Source: Promethearchaeota archaeon
GTDB lineage: Archaea; Asgardarchaeota; Lokiarchaeia; Sigyniarchaeales; SOKP01
DNA: 46,863 nt
Assembly: GCA_016930515.1 (NCBI GenBank)
Contig: JAFGGO010000183.1
Coordinates: 1 to 46,863 of the forward strand
Direction: 5' to 3'
This document shows positions 30,415-39,514 of the stretch, piece by piece (position 1 is the stretch's first letter; every line of letters begins with the position of its first letter). A program made the position numbers and the translations under genes. Under the pieces are notes generated by a model. It worked only from the letters and a program-made list of their open reading frames with translations, made no database searches and was not told the DNA's origin.

Positions 30415-30473
30415 GAAATATGAACTAAAATAGAATGGTTTTCTATATTAATTTATAGGTTGGTGAAAAAAAA

Positions 30474-31082
30474 ATGTGCCTGGAAAATAATCTTGAAAGA
30501 ATCCTTGGAATAAATGAATTAGAGATTTTTATTGACGTTAACAATGTCGTCCATAATCGACATAATATGGAACAAAACCCGCAACTTGGGGATTTTTTGA
30601 TAATGATGGATCGTTTAATTAACGATTTGGGATTCCAACCAGCAAAAATCATTTCGATTTGCGATCCTGGTTTGAAATATCATATTGATAAGCCTAACGA
30701 ATTTGAAGCCCTGATTAAAGAAGGGGTTATCAGAGAGGCCCCAAAAGTGGCTGACGAGTTCATCTTGTCGTTCGCATTGCGCAAGAAATATTGCCTTATC
30801 GTAAGCAACGATAAATTTCGTGAGTATTTAGATCAATTACCGAGCAAGGATTGGTTAAAACAACGCAGGGTAACATTTATGTTCTTGGGCAACGATGTTG
30901 TCTTGAGTCCAAATTTTGATGAAAAAAAAATGAAAAAGAATATCCAAGGAGAAAAACCAATGAGTAAAGGAGACGATGTTAATTGTTCGGAAGAACCGAT
31001 AGAAAAGAGCTTTGAAAAATCTACATTGGAAGTATTAAAAAATTCAATAGAACGAGTAGAGGGTGAATTTGATCTTTTTTGA
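30474..31082 (+). CDS. NYN/PIN-domain ribonuclease (Zc3h12a/Regnase-like)
   Basis: IFIDVNNVVH, ICDPGLKYHID, ADEFIL, IVSNDKFREY: acidic active-site residues present. Confidence 0.82.
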   Translation: MCLENNLERILGINELEIFIDVNNVVHNRHNMEQNPQLGDFLIMMDRLINDLGFQPAKIISICDPGLKYHIDKPNEFEALIKEGVIREAPKVADEFILSFALRKKYCLIVSNDKFREYLDQLPSKDWLKQRRVTFMFLGNDVVLSPNFDEKKMKKNIQGEKPMSKGDDVNCSEEPIEKSFEKSTLEVLKNSIERVEGEFDLF

Positions 31083-31153
31083 TCACTCAAGTTATTTCAC
31101 TTTATATCTAACAGAAAATTTAAAACAAAAAAATAAGGAGGTAAACAAAAAAA

Positions 31154-33493
31154 ATGGAAAAATCCAAAAGAACGGTAAGCGGGTTGCTCGACAAGGGCTA
31201 CGGCAGGAGAGCGCTCAAGTTAGGCGGCGTCAAGGGAAGGGTCCTTCACGAGGCACAGGCTCGCTACTACCGTCAAGTGTTTAAAAGGCCCGAGCGGCGA
31301 AGCAAATTGAGCCAAAGGGTCTTTAGCAAGTGGTTGACCGAGGAAAAAGTCAACGTGCTTGCCGACCTCGAGAAAAGTCCCGATTCCGCCCTGTATCACG
31401 AGGACGCCAAGCTTCTTCTCGAGGCTGCCTTGAAAGCGATCAGGTACGCCTCGAAGCGGATCGCCGCTAAAAACGGGGGCGTGGTCGTTCCTGAAGACGT
31501 GGAACGGGAAGCGTTCGGAGGAGAGCTCTGGATCGAAGAGGGAACGACCGGCAAGATCGGGGGAATAAAAATATCGGGCAGGACTGATTACCTGATCGAG
31601 CTTGATCTCGCATCCTTTGTCGTTCGCGATTTCAAGTCGTTCGGAAAGGGAGATGTTGCCGATCCAACCGACCCCGAATCGCCGCTTCACAGGGAGTTCA
31701 TGCAGGCGTGCCTTTACGCCGTCCTGTTCGAGAAGTCTCGAAGACAGGCCTGCGTTGCGATTCAGGTCCAATATTTTCCTTGCGAGATCGTCAGCCACGA
31801 GTTCACCACGGAATTGCGCCAACGAGCCATGAAGTACGCAAAGGACCAAGCTTTCGAGGGATACGACGGCGTGTCCTTTAACTATTCGCCTTCCGACGGA
31901 CCGGAAAGCGACGACGACGATGGCGGCGAGACCGCGGGAGTAATGCCGGCGATAAAACAATCGAGCGAAGGCGCAAGTGGGGTGTCTGAAGATCGAGGAA
32001 GCGACGCCGCCTTCCATCCAAGACAGAAAGACGACCTGGGATTCTTGAGCACGATCAAGGGAAAACCCCTGGAGTTGGTGCTCGGAGGGGACAACAAGAT
32101 GGAAGGATACTTGTTCCCGAGCGAGGCTCACAGGATTCGGGAAGGGCATTGCGTGGTGGTGGAAGACCAGGACACGGCCGTTCGAATCCTGTGCGTCGTG
32201 AAAAAGATCGAGTGCTCGGAAGACCAATTTCCGGGAGAAACTTCGAGCCACAAGGAGGAAAACTACAAGATAGCGCTCGTTCCCGAGGGGCAGTTCGGAC
32301 CGGAAGGATACCAGGAATTGCGACCCCAGACCGTCATCGGGGGCAGGATCAAGGTGGCCACGCAGCACGAGTATTGCGCCTACAAGCGTGTTCCCGTCAA
32401 CGGCATGCCCATCGGCACGGTTCAAGGGCTTAACGAGGGAATTCCCTATCCCCTCGATAGGTCGATCGTGTACCAGAGCGTGTTCGTGAGCGGCCAACAA
32501 GGCACGGGAAAGACAAGTTTCGTGAAATGTTTCGTTCTTGGCACGGCCAGCCAAAAGGATGCGCCCGCGCAGGTAATCCTCGATCACGAGGGTGAATACG
32601 AGAATCTCGTGGACATTCCCACCAACGAGCGTTCGAGAACGGTCCTCGAAAAGATTGGGGCCAAGGGGCTCGATCCGGACAAGTTCAAGGTAATCACGCT
32701 TGGACCACGCTCCGGGCGCTGCCTTTCGCTCGAGGCGATCGATTCGTTCGATCTTCCAAACTTTCTACACGAGCTCACGCCGATTTCTCACGACACGTTC
32801 GAAGCGATCGTGTACGATCTGAAACAAGAGCACGACAAGGAGGCGTTTTTGTTTCCGGAACTCAAATCGCTCGTGCTAAGCCGCCTGGAAAGCTCAAAAT
32901 ACGGGGCGACCAGCGCCACGCAGGGTGCCATCAAGAGAGCGCTCAATTCGGTGGCTCTCAAGATATTTGATGTTCCTGGATCAGAACCGATCGACGTCGA
33001 TTTCATGCTCGAGCCGGGACGCGTGACCGTCGTGAACACGTACAACCTGAGAGGAGACCTTCAAAGGATCGTGGGACTGTACTTGCTGGCGGTCCTTCAC
33101 GGTCGCGCTCTCAAGGGCAAGAAGCGCGTCAAGACGATCCTCTACCTGGACGAGATCCAGCGACTCGTTCCGAAGTCGAACTCGCAGGCAGAAACCGAGT
33201 ATTTGAGGAGGATCATAAAATATCTCGACGAGGTGGTCCACAGGGGTAGGAAGCGCGATTACGGCGTTTTCTTCGCAACGCAGAGCGTCGGTGACGTCAA
33301 GAAGGACATCATCGATCTGTGCAACACCAAGTTCTTCATGCAGGCGCAGGGAAGCGGGGCTGCTCGCGTGAAGGATTACTTTACCAACAAGGCGGACTTG
33401 GAACGGTTAAAAAAGCTTCCGAAGGGACACGCCTTCGTCACCAGCGAGGGCAAGCACGAGCCCGTGGAGATCAAGTTTCCTTTCGTCGATTGA
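31154..33493 (+). CDS. PD-(D/E)xK nuclease fused to a HerA/FtsK-family ATPase
   Basis: ISGRTDYL...VRDFKS...QACLY nuclease; acidic linker; beta-rich barrel-like region; Walker A GQQGTGKT, LDHEGEY, Walker B LYLDEIQ, GRK...FATQ. Confidence 0.85.
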   Translation: MEKSKRTVSGLLDKGYGRRALKLGGVKGRVLHEAQARYYRQVFKRPERRSKLSQRVFSKWLTEEKVNVLADLEKSPDSALYHEDAKLLLEAALKAIRYASKRIAAKNGGVVVPEDVEREAFGGELWIEEGTTGKIGGIKISGRTDYLIELDLASFVVRDFKSFGKGDVADPTDPESPLHREFMQACLYAVLFEKSRRQACVAIQVQYFPCEIVSHEFTTELRQRAMKYAKDQAFEGYDGVSFNYSPSDGPESDDDDGGETAGVMPAIKQSSEGASGVSEDRGSDAAFHPRQKDDLGFLSTIKGKPLELVLGGDNKMEGYLFPSEAHRIREGHCVVVEDQDTAVRILCVVKKIECSEDQFPGETSSHKEENYKIALVPEGQFGPEGYQELRPQTVIGGRIKVATQHEYCAYKRVPVNGMPIGTVQGLNEGIPYPLDRSIVYQSVFVSGQQGTGKTSFVKCFVLGTASQKDAPAQVILDHEGEYENLVDIPTNERSRTVLEKIGAKGLDPDKFKVITLGPRSGRCLSLEAIDSFDLPNFLHELTPISHDTFEAIVYDLKQEHDKEAFLFPELKSLVLSRLESSKYGATSATQGAIKRALNSVALKIFDVPGSEPIDVDFMLEPGRVTVVNTYNLRGDLQRIVGLYLLAVLHGRALKGKKRVKTILYLDEIQRLVPKSNSQAETEYLRRIIKYLDEVVHRGRKRDYGVFFATQSVGDVKKDIIDLCNTKFFMQAQGSGAARVKDYFTNKADLERLKKLPKGHAFVTSEGKHEPVEIKFPFVD

Positions 33494-33849
33494 TCGGAAT
33501 ATTCAGCGTCATTTTTTTTCGATTAAAATTTTTTTTTTTTTTATTTTCCATTTTTAACCCGTTTCCCTCATTTAGAGGGCGAAAGGGAAAAAAAAAGAGC
33601 AACATCGAAGTCGCTTTTGCCGCAATAAGGGCAAAAAAAAGGGGCGATTAAGAGGGTTTTGGGGATGCCAATATAGATTGATCGTTATCTCTCGACAAAA
33701 AAGCGGCCAAAAGGGTCTTCGACAATCGTTATACAAGTATCGTTCGAAATTTATAAATAAAAAATCCACGGTTTTTTTCGCATTCTTTTTGTTTTTATAG
33801 GTTGGGCGTAAATGAAGGTAACAACCTTAAAAAACCGTCTCGATGCAAT

Positions 33850-35607
33850 ATGCAAAAAATCGTGAGCGAAAAAACGTTCGAGATAAACGAGCACCTGTCG
33901 GTTGCCCTTCGGCAAGGCGAAACGATCGTCTTGGTGTGCGGCAGGCCGTTCCGGCAGTGCAAGTACCTGGCCTTTAGCTTTCCCGCAGAACAAGCAAGAT
34001 CGTACGATTCGGTCCAGTCCATTGACGATCTGGAGAGGCTCGACCGCTCGAAGCAATACGGAACCTTGGATATCGATCCCGAGACCGAGTTCTGGGGGCA
34101 CTGTTCAAACTTGCAAGCGTGGGCCGAGCGCGGCTACGACACGCGCCTTCTCCACCGCAACCTGGCCTTTCCGCTCCTCAAGAAACTTTCCGAAGCGGGC
34201 GATACCGCTGCCAAAAGGGCGTTCAAGGACGAGGTGGCGCGCAGGTTTTCGAGCGGGTCGCTTTCGGTGGTGGAGTATCTCTTGGAAGAGGGATATCTCG
34301 AGATGTTTAAGCCCGAAGAGCTCGACTCTCTATTCGCGAACTTCGAATACGGTCCCATCATGGCTCTCGAGCTGGACGAGCGGTTGTTCTGCCTGGAACG
34401 GCTTGCAAAAACGGGCGCCCCTGCCGCCATGATCGAGTTCAAGCAGGAGCTCTTTCGAGTCCTGGACGAGGGAAGCAAGGAGGACGTCAAGTTGCTGTTC
34501 GATCGGGCGTTTACCGTCTATTTCTCCAGGGACCAGATCGTGGGCCTTGCTCCCGCGCTCGGTCTTGCTAGCAACGCTCTCCTCACCTGGGGTTGCGCCA
34601 AGGGAGCGCCATGGGACTTTTACTGGTGCGATACGGGCACGGAAGAGCGCTTGGGTCTTGCCACCTGGGGGGCGATCAATCGGGCACCATCCGGCTTTTT
34701 TCGTCGTTTCGAGACCGTCCTTGAGAACATCGAGCTTTCCAAGACGGCCGTTCGCCTTGGCGCTTCCAGATGCTTTTTCGAGCGCCTTCCTGAGTTGTTG
34801 ACCAATAAGAGCCTTGCCAGGTGGGGGGCTTTCCACCGAGCACCGAAGGCTTTTTACGAGGATTTTGCAGTCATCTCGACCAATCCTGCCCTTGCCAAGT
34901 GGGGCGTTCTCAATCGAGTTGGCCCGTCCTTCTGGACCAATTTTTCCACCCTTTCCGAAAAGATGGACTATCACGGGTGGAAGCGGGACCCTTCCGACTT
35001 GGGAGGCGCCTTGCGAGGGTACGGGGCGATCTTGGGAGAAAAAAAGCGCCTTGACGAGGCAATGGGGCTGTATCTCGACGCAATCCTCGTTCACGAATGG
35101 CTCGACGATTTGGAAGAGTTGGCCCTTGACCTGAACCACGTGGGCGTCTTGATGGTAGAAAAGGGCGACCTTGACGAGGCGCTCAAGTATCACCGGTGGG
35201 CGCTCGAACTCCACCAGGGGCAGGGCAACCTGACCTTGGAGGCCCTGGACCTCGAGAACCTCGGGGACGTCTTGGTTACCAAGCGAGATGGCGCTGGAGC
35301 CCGAACGTGGTTCGAAAAAGCGCTTGCCGTCCTCGAGCGAACGGGGGATCTCTCCCGAAAGGGCAAGTGCCAGTTCAAGCTGGCGTCGATATCGTTTGAA
35401 GAGGGAAAAATAGACGAGGCCATTGAACGGTGCCAAGAAAGTCTTAAAATTTCCGAACGGTTAGGCGACCTTGCTGGTGTCAAGACAAACCTCAAGTGCA
35501 TTGGCATTGCCCTGGAGCGAAAGGGCGAGTTCGAGCAGGCACAAATTTACCACGAACGCCTGGAGGAGCTTCTCGAAGAGGGAGAAGAATTTTCGATCAA
35601 ATTATAA
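33850..35607 (+). CDS. Loki-type N-terminal domain + five 26-aa repeats + TPR protein
   Basis: FRQCKYL...EFWGHCSNLQAW...LLHRNLAFPLLKKL N-domain; repeats at 34579-34968; C-terminal TPRs. ORF is open from 33802. Confidence 0.8.
   Translation: MQKIVSEKTFEINEHLSVALRQGETIVLVCGRPFRQCKYLAFSFPAEQARSYDSVQSIDDLERLDRSKQYGTLDIDPETEFWGHCSNLQAWAERGYDTRLLHRNLAFPLLKKLSEAGDTAAKRAFKDEVARRFSSGSLSVVEYLLEEGYLEMFKPEELDSLFANFEYGPIMALELDERLFCLERLAKTGAPAAMIEFKQELFRVLDEGSKEDVKLLFDRAFTVYFSRDQIVGLAPALGLASNALLTWGCAKGAPWDFYWCDTGTEERLGLATWGAINRAPSGFFRRFETVLENIELSKTAVRLGASRCFFERLPELLTNKSLARWGAFHRAPKAFYEDFAVISTNPALAKWGVLNRVGPSFWTNFSTLSEKMDYHGWKRDPSDLGGALRGYGAILGEKKRLDEAMGLYLDAILVHEWLDDLEELALDLNHVGVLMVEKGDLDEALKYHRWALELHQGQGNLTLEALDLENLGDVLVTKRDGAGARTWFEKALAVLERTGDLSRKGKCQFKLASISFEEGKIDEAIERCQESLKISERLGDLAGVKTNLKCIGIALERKGEFEQAQIYHERLEELLEEGEEFSIKL
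34579..34968 (+). repeat. Five tandem 26-aa protein repeats, consensus LAxWGxxxRAPxxFxxxF
   Basis: Units begin LLTWG, LATWG, LSKTA, LARWG, LAKWG at exact 78-nt spacing. Confidence 0.75.
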
Positions 35608-35731
35608 TCGAATTGACGATACTCTTTTCCTGATAGAAGCTAAAAAATCCCGCTCCTGACAAAAACCAAGGAGTTTAAATCGTAAAAAAAGTAGTAGTAA
35701 CGTGAAAACAAAAAACAAAAAAAGGTAAACC

Positions 35732-36184
35732 ATGATGGGATACATTATCGTGGCACGGGACGAGAACGAAAACCGCATTGCCTCGTTCGAAGGACCTGCC
35801 GGAATATTCAAAACACTTCAAACCACGGGGTACGATTGGTTCGGGTATCTCAACGCCTGGGAGTGCGATGGCGGTGCGTCCGGAACGGGCGTGAGAAAGA
35901 CGATTGCCTTGAAGGATGTGAAAACTGCGCTCGAACGACTGGTCTTGCAATGGGAAAAGGGAACCATGAAAGACCAACTCGAAAGGAAAACAAGATTGCA
36001 CGCTTTATCGGACGACGCTTTCCATCAAGGAATCAACTTTTCCGATCTTGTCCTGCAAAAAAGCCTCGAGGGTGCGTTTTTATCGGCTTTAGATCTCGTG
36101 CCCGAGCTGTTAGGCTTCATGAACGGCGTCGTTAAATGGTGCGAAACTAATTCAAAAAAGGAAGTGGTGATCGATTTTGGGTGA
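35732..36184 (+). CDS. Hypothetical protein
   Basis: 150 aa ORF with AAGGT SD-like sequence upstream. Confidence 0.65.
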   Translation: MMGYIIVARDENENRIASFEGPAGIFKTLQTTGYDWFGYLNAWECDGGASGTGVRKTIALKDVKTALERLVLQWEKGTMKDQLERKTRLHALSDDAFHQGINFSDLVLQKSLEGAFLSALDLVPELLGFMNGVVKWCETNSKKEVVIDFG

Positions 36185-36195
36185 ACTTGCGAAGG

Positions 36196-39100
36196 TTACT
36201 CGTTATCAAAGATGCTGGGGAGCACGCTCTGGAAAGGAGACACTCTCGTGCCCTTTTGCTTCAATCGTTCTAATATGTTTTTTGACTCTTGGTCTTGAAC
36301 GATTGCGACGGGATTGTCAGAGAGCGTTACCACTCTCAAGTTCGGCATTTCCAAAAACGCAGGGCTCAAGGTCTTGAATTGATTGTGGTCCAGATCTAAT
36401 ATCATCAAGTTTTTTAATTTATTCATCGAATCGGGAAGGCGAGTCAGGGCGTTTCGCTCTGCGCTGAGATTCCATAAGAACTCAAAATCTCCTACGAACT
36501 CGGGAAGTTCGGCAAGTTCGTTTTTTCTCAAGACAAGCACATTGAGCATGGAAAACACTTTCACGCCCTCGGGTACTTTTTTGAGACCGCAATTTATCAG
36601 GCCAAGGTCGGTTATCCTGTTTCCTTTCACGGCAAATTCAAGGTGTTCGATCTCCTCGACTTTTACCGAATAAGCTTCGGGACGGGGTCTGATGTCCTCG
36701 ACCAGCTTGAATTGCTTTCCAGTGTCTTGTTCGATACGCTCCAACACGCTTGCTTCCTTCTTGGGAATTCTTGCTTCCTTGAAGGTCACCAACTCTTCTT
36801 CTCGTATTTCTGGTGTAAAGGTGGATTTCGACTGGTATTCTTCGAGTTGGGCTTGATGCACGGAACTCAAGATGCTCTTTCGCAGTTCAAGCGACTCCTC
36901 GCTGTTTGACAGGATGGTCAGGGACTTGTCCAAGGAAAGAAGGGCGTCGACAGGACGTTTCAGGTCGTTTAACGCCCTTGCTTTAAAGAACCAATAGCGA
37001 GAGGTGTCTGGAGAGCGCTTGAGTAGTTCCAATGCGCATTCCAACTCTTTTTCGTTATCGTTGCGAGCCCTGTGGACTGTAACCGCAATTTCCAGGTCTT
37101 CGAGGCTTGTGTGCTGCTTGTTCTCGAGGAAATCGTCATTTAAAACCCTTACTACTTTTTGTTTTACGAGGTCTTTTACGCTTTTTAGAGGGTCTTTAAA
37201 CCCGCCAGGGGGAGCTGTTGCTCTTGGGGGTGTTTGTGTGATTTGCTTTAGTTTCTTCATTTTTTCAGCCATTTCTTCGGGAGTAGACCGTCTTATCGAT
37301 CCTGTGGCGGACGGAGCGTTTTTTAATATGCTGTCGGAAATTGCGTCGACCATAGTCTTTATGCTCAGTCCTTCTCTTGCCACTTTTTCGCCAAAACCGG
37401 TCATGTCTATTCCGAGCGATTCAAACTTGTCGGTAATCGTATTTACCACCGTCTTTTGGCGCAACTCTTGCAACTGGTTCATTAATCGTTGGTGGCGAAA
37501 GTAATTCACGGCGTCGTAATCCTCGTTTCCACTTTTCTCCAGGTTTCCCTTATAAAAGGCGTGCTTGTCGTCATAAACGCGTCCGGACTTGGACTCGAGG
37601 TTTTTCTCAAGTTTTTTAAAACGCTCGTCCTCGGGCCACAACGCAAGTCCTTCGACAATGGCGTCGTGAGCGGCTTCAAACCGGTCTAGATCGACGTAGA
37701 AAAGAACGAGCGACGCAAGCGCCTCCTTGTTAATGGGCACTCGATCGAGGGCTAACTCGTACAGTTTAAAGGCGTCCGTCAGATTTCCCATTTTATGGCG
37801 CGCCCACCCTTTCAAGGACAAGGCTTCTGCGTGATTTTCGTCGATCGATAAGCACTCGGTAAAAATTTCACTTGCCTTATCGTATTCGTCTCGTTCGACA
37901 TGTTCTTTTCCCTTCACGAGTAATTGTTGAATTTCTTTTTCTCGTGCGTTCTCGAGCATTTCTTTCGCTTGGTTCTCGTGAAATTTTTTTTCGAAAAATT
38001 CTCTTCCCGTATAGTCCCTGGTAACATCATCTTTAGGGCTAAACGCTGCCACCTTGACGTTATCGATGTTCGTCCCTTCTGAACCCACATTTATCTTCCA
38101 CTCCTTCAAGCCCCCTGGATGGGACATGTCTAACTCGTCCAATATTTCCTTTCGCAATTCAATATATTCTGTTGCGGGAATTGAAACGACTGCGCGATTA
38201 ATGGCGTCCAAGGCTTGTTCGTATTGCTTTAAGGCGAACAAGGTTTTTGCCTTGAAATAATGCGTGGTCTCTGCTTTCGGATCCAAGAGGAGGGATTTCT
38301 CGTATAAGTCCATTGCCTCGTCGTGGTTTCCTTCCAACGACAGGGCGCGACCAAGGTGAGCTAACGCGCTTGCGTGATTCGGGTTGATTTTCAAGCATTC
38401 TTTCAAGCACGCTTTTGCCTCGTTAACGTCTTCTAATCCGAGCCACGCTTGACCCTGGTTAAAACTAACTTCCGCACGGATCTGCTTGAAATTCGGGTGC
38501 TGGGGGTGATTTAGCACCATCCTTTTCGCTTCTTGAAAGCACTCGAGCGCGCCTTGATATCGCTCCGTGGCAAGGAACGCAAGTCCCTTGGACGCAATTA
38601 GGGGAAGACCGGCGTCTCTTTCTTCTCGAGGGATCGCGTTCAAACCCTCGTCGAAAATCGTGATGCTTTCTTCAAATTCCCCGTTTGAAAATTTTTTCAT
38701 GCCTCGGCCATGACATTCTAATATTTTTTCTTTAATTTTAAAGAATGAATCCCTTATCGCGTTAATTTTCACGCCCAAGGGCGCGAGAAATATCTCCTTG
38801 AGTTCGAGATTTTCGGTAGAATCAAGGCCGTAACCAGAAGAAATCGCCTCGTTTAACGCCTCGACGTTCTTTTGACCGCTATCTTGCTCAAAAAGCGCGC
38901 CAAGCGGAAAGAATTGGGCATCCCCGTATCTTAAGTCGATCTTTTTGGCCGATTCGAACGCCTCCAAGGCTTTTGATCGATTTCCCTTCATGAGGTGAGA
39001 AACTGCCAGCCACGCAAGGATTCTTGGGTGCTCCTTGCGATAGTGGGCGGTTAAGAAACTCTTTATCGCTTTCTTGTAGTTCTTTGCCCCGAGCCACGCC

Positions 39101-39387
39101 TGTCCCGTGGTAAAATGCAAGAAAGATGCCAATCGCCTGTTATTCAAGTAAGATACCGGAAGCCTGAGGGTGCTTTTAAGACTCTTTAACGCCGCAGCGT
39201 TGTCGCCGGATCGCAACAGGCACGCGCCTCCCAGCGCGAGAAACATCGCCTTGACGATCGGGAGAAAACCTTCGGAGGCTCGCGACCCAATGTCGCACAT
39301 CAAGCTTGCCTCGGTGAATTTTTTCTGCTCTATCAAGTCGAAAGCGTTTTTCATCAATTCGATTATTTTTGCCTGTTCTGAATGCAT
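36196..39387 (-). CDS. TPR + C-terminal leucine-rich-repeat protein
   Basis: Several TPR blocks; LRRs LVLRKNELAELP, LSAERNALTRLP, LDLDHNQF, LSDNP. Confidence 0.85.
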   Translation of the reverse strand: MHSEQAKIIELMKNAFDLIEQKKFTEASLMCDIGSRASEGFLPIVKAMFLALGGACLLRSGDNAAALKSLKSTLRLPVSYLNNRRLASFLHFTTGQAWLGAKNYKKAIKSFLTAHYRKEHPRILAWLAVSHLMKGNRSKALEAFESAKKIDLRYGDAQFFPLGALFEQDSGQKNVEALNEAISSGYGLDSTENLELKEIFLAPLGVKINAIRDSFFKIKEKILECHGRGMKKFSNGEFEESITIFDEGLNAIPREERDAGLPLIASKGLAFLATERYQGALECFQEAKRMVLNHPQHPNFKQIRAEVSFNQGQAWLGLEDVNEAKACLKECLKINPNHASALAHLGRALSLEGNHDEAMDLYEKSLLLDPKAETTHYFKAKTLFALKQYEQALDAINRAVVSIPATEYIELRKEILDELDMSHPGGLKEWKINVGSEGTNIDNVKVAAFSPKDDVTRDYTGREFFEKKFHENQAKEMLENAREKEIQQLLVKGKEHVERDEYDKASEIFTECLSIDENHAEALSLKGWARHKMGNLTDAFKLYELALDRVPINKEALASLVLFYVDLDRFEAAHDAIVEGLALWPEDERFKKLEKNLESKSGRVYDDKHAFYKGNLEKSGNEDYDAVNYFRHQRLMNQLQELRQKTVVNTITDKFESLGIDMTGFGEKVAREGLSIKTMVDAISDSILKNAPSATGSIRRSTPEEMAEKMKKLKQITQTPPRATAPPGGFKDPLKSVKDLVKQKVVRVLNDDFLENKQHTSLEDLEIAVTVHRARNDNEKELECALELLKRSPDTSRYWFFKARALNDLKRPVDALLSLDKSLTILSNSEESLELRKSILSSVHQAQLEEYQSKSTFTPEIREEELVTFKEARIPKKEASVLERIEQDTGKQFKLVEDIRPRPEAYSVKVEEIEHLEFAVKGNRITDLGLINCGLKKVPEGVKVFSMLNVLVLRKNELAELPEFVGDFEFLWNLSAERNALTRLPDSMNKLKNLMILDLDHNQFKTLSPAFLEMPNLRVVTLSDNPVAIVQDQESKNILERLKQKGTRVSPFQSVLPSIFDNE

Positions 39388-39514
39388 GGTTTGGTAACTC
39401 GTTTGATTTTTTTATATGGATATTGTCGCATTGCAATTAAATCTTGGTCATTTCTATTTTTTTTTGGTTCTATCGATTTTCGCGCTTGCATGAGTCTTCT
39501 CCTTGAATTATTAT

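Noticed and set aside
31220-32587. 455-aa antisense ORF, plus 34330..35436 and other overlapping ORFs in the GC-rich region
   Set aside because: Shadow ORFs opposite well-supported genes, with no recognisable motifs.
33494-33800. Hairpins and long T/A runs as a possible ncRNA
   Set aside because: Short stems among homopolymer runs are adequately explained as terminator and promoter sequence.
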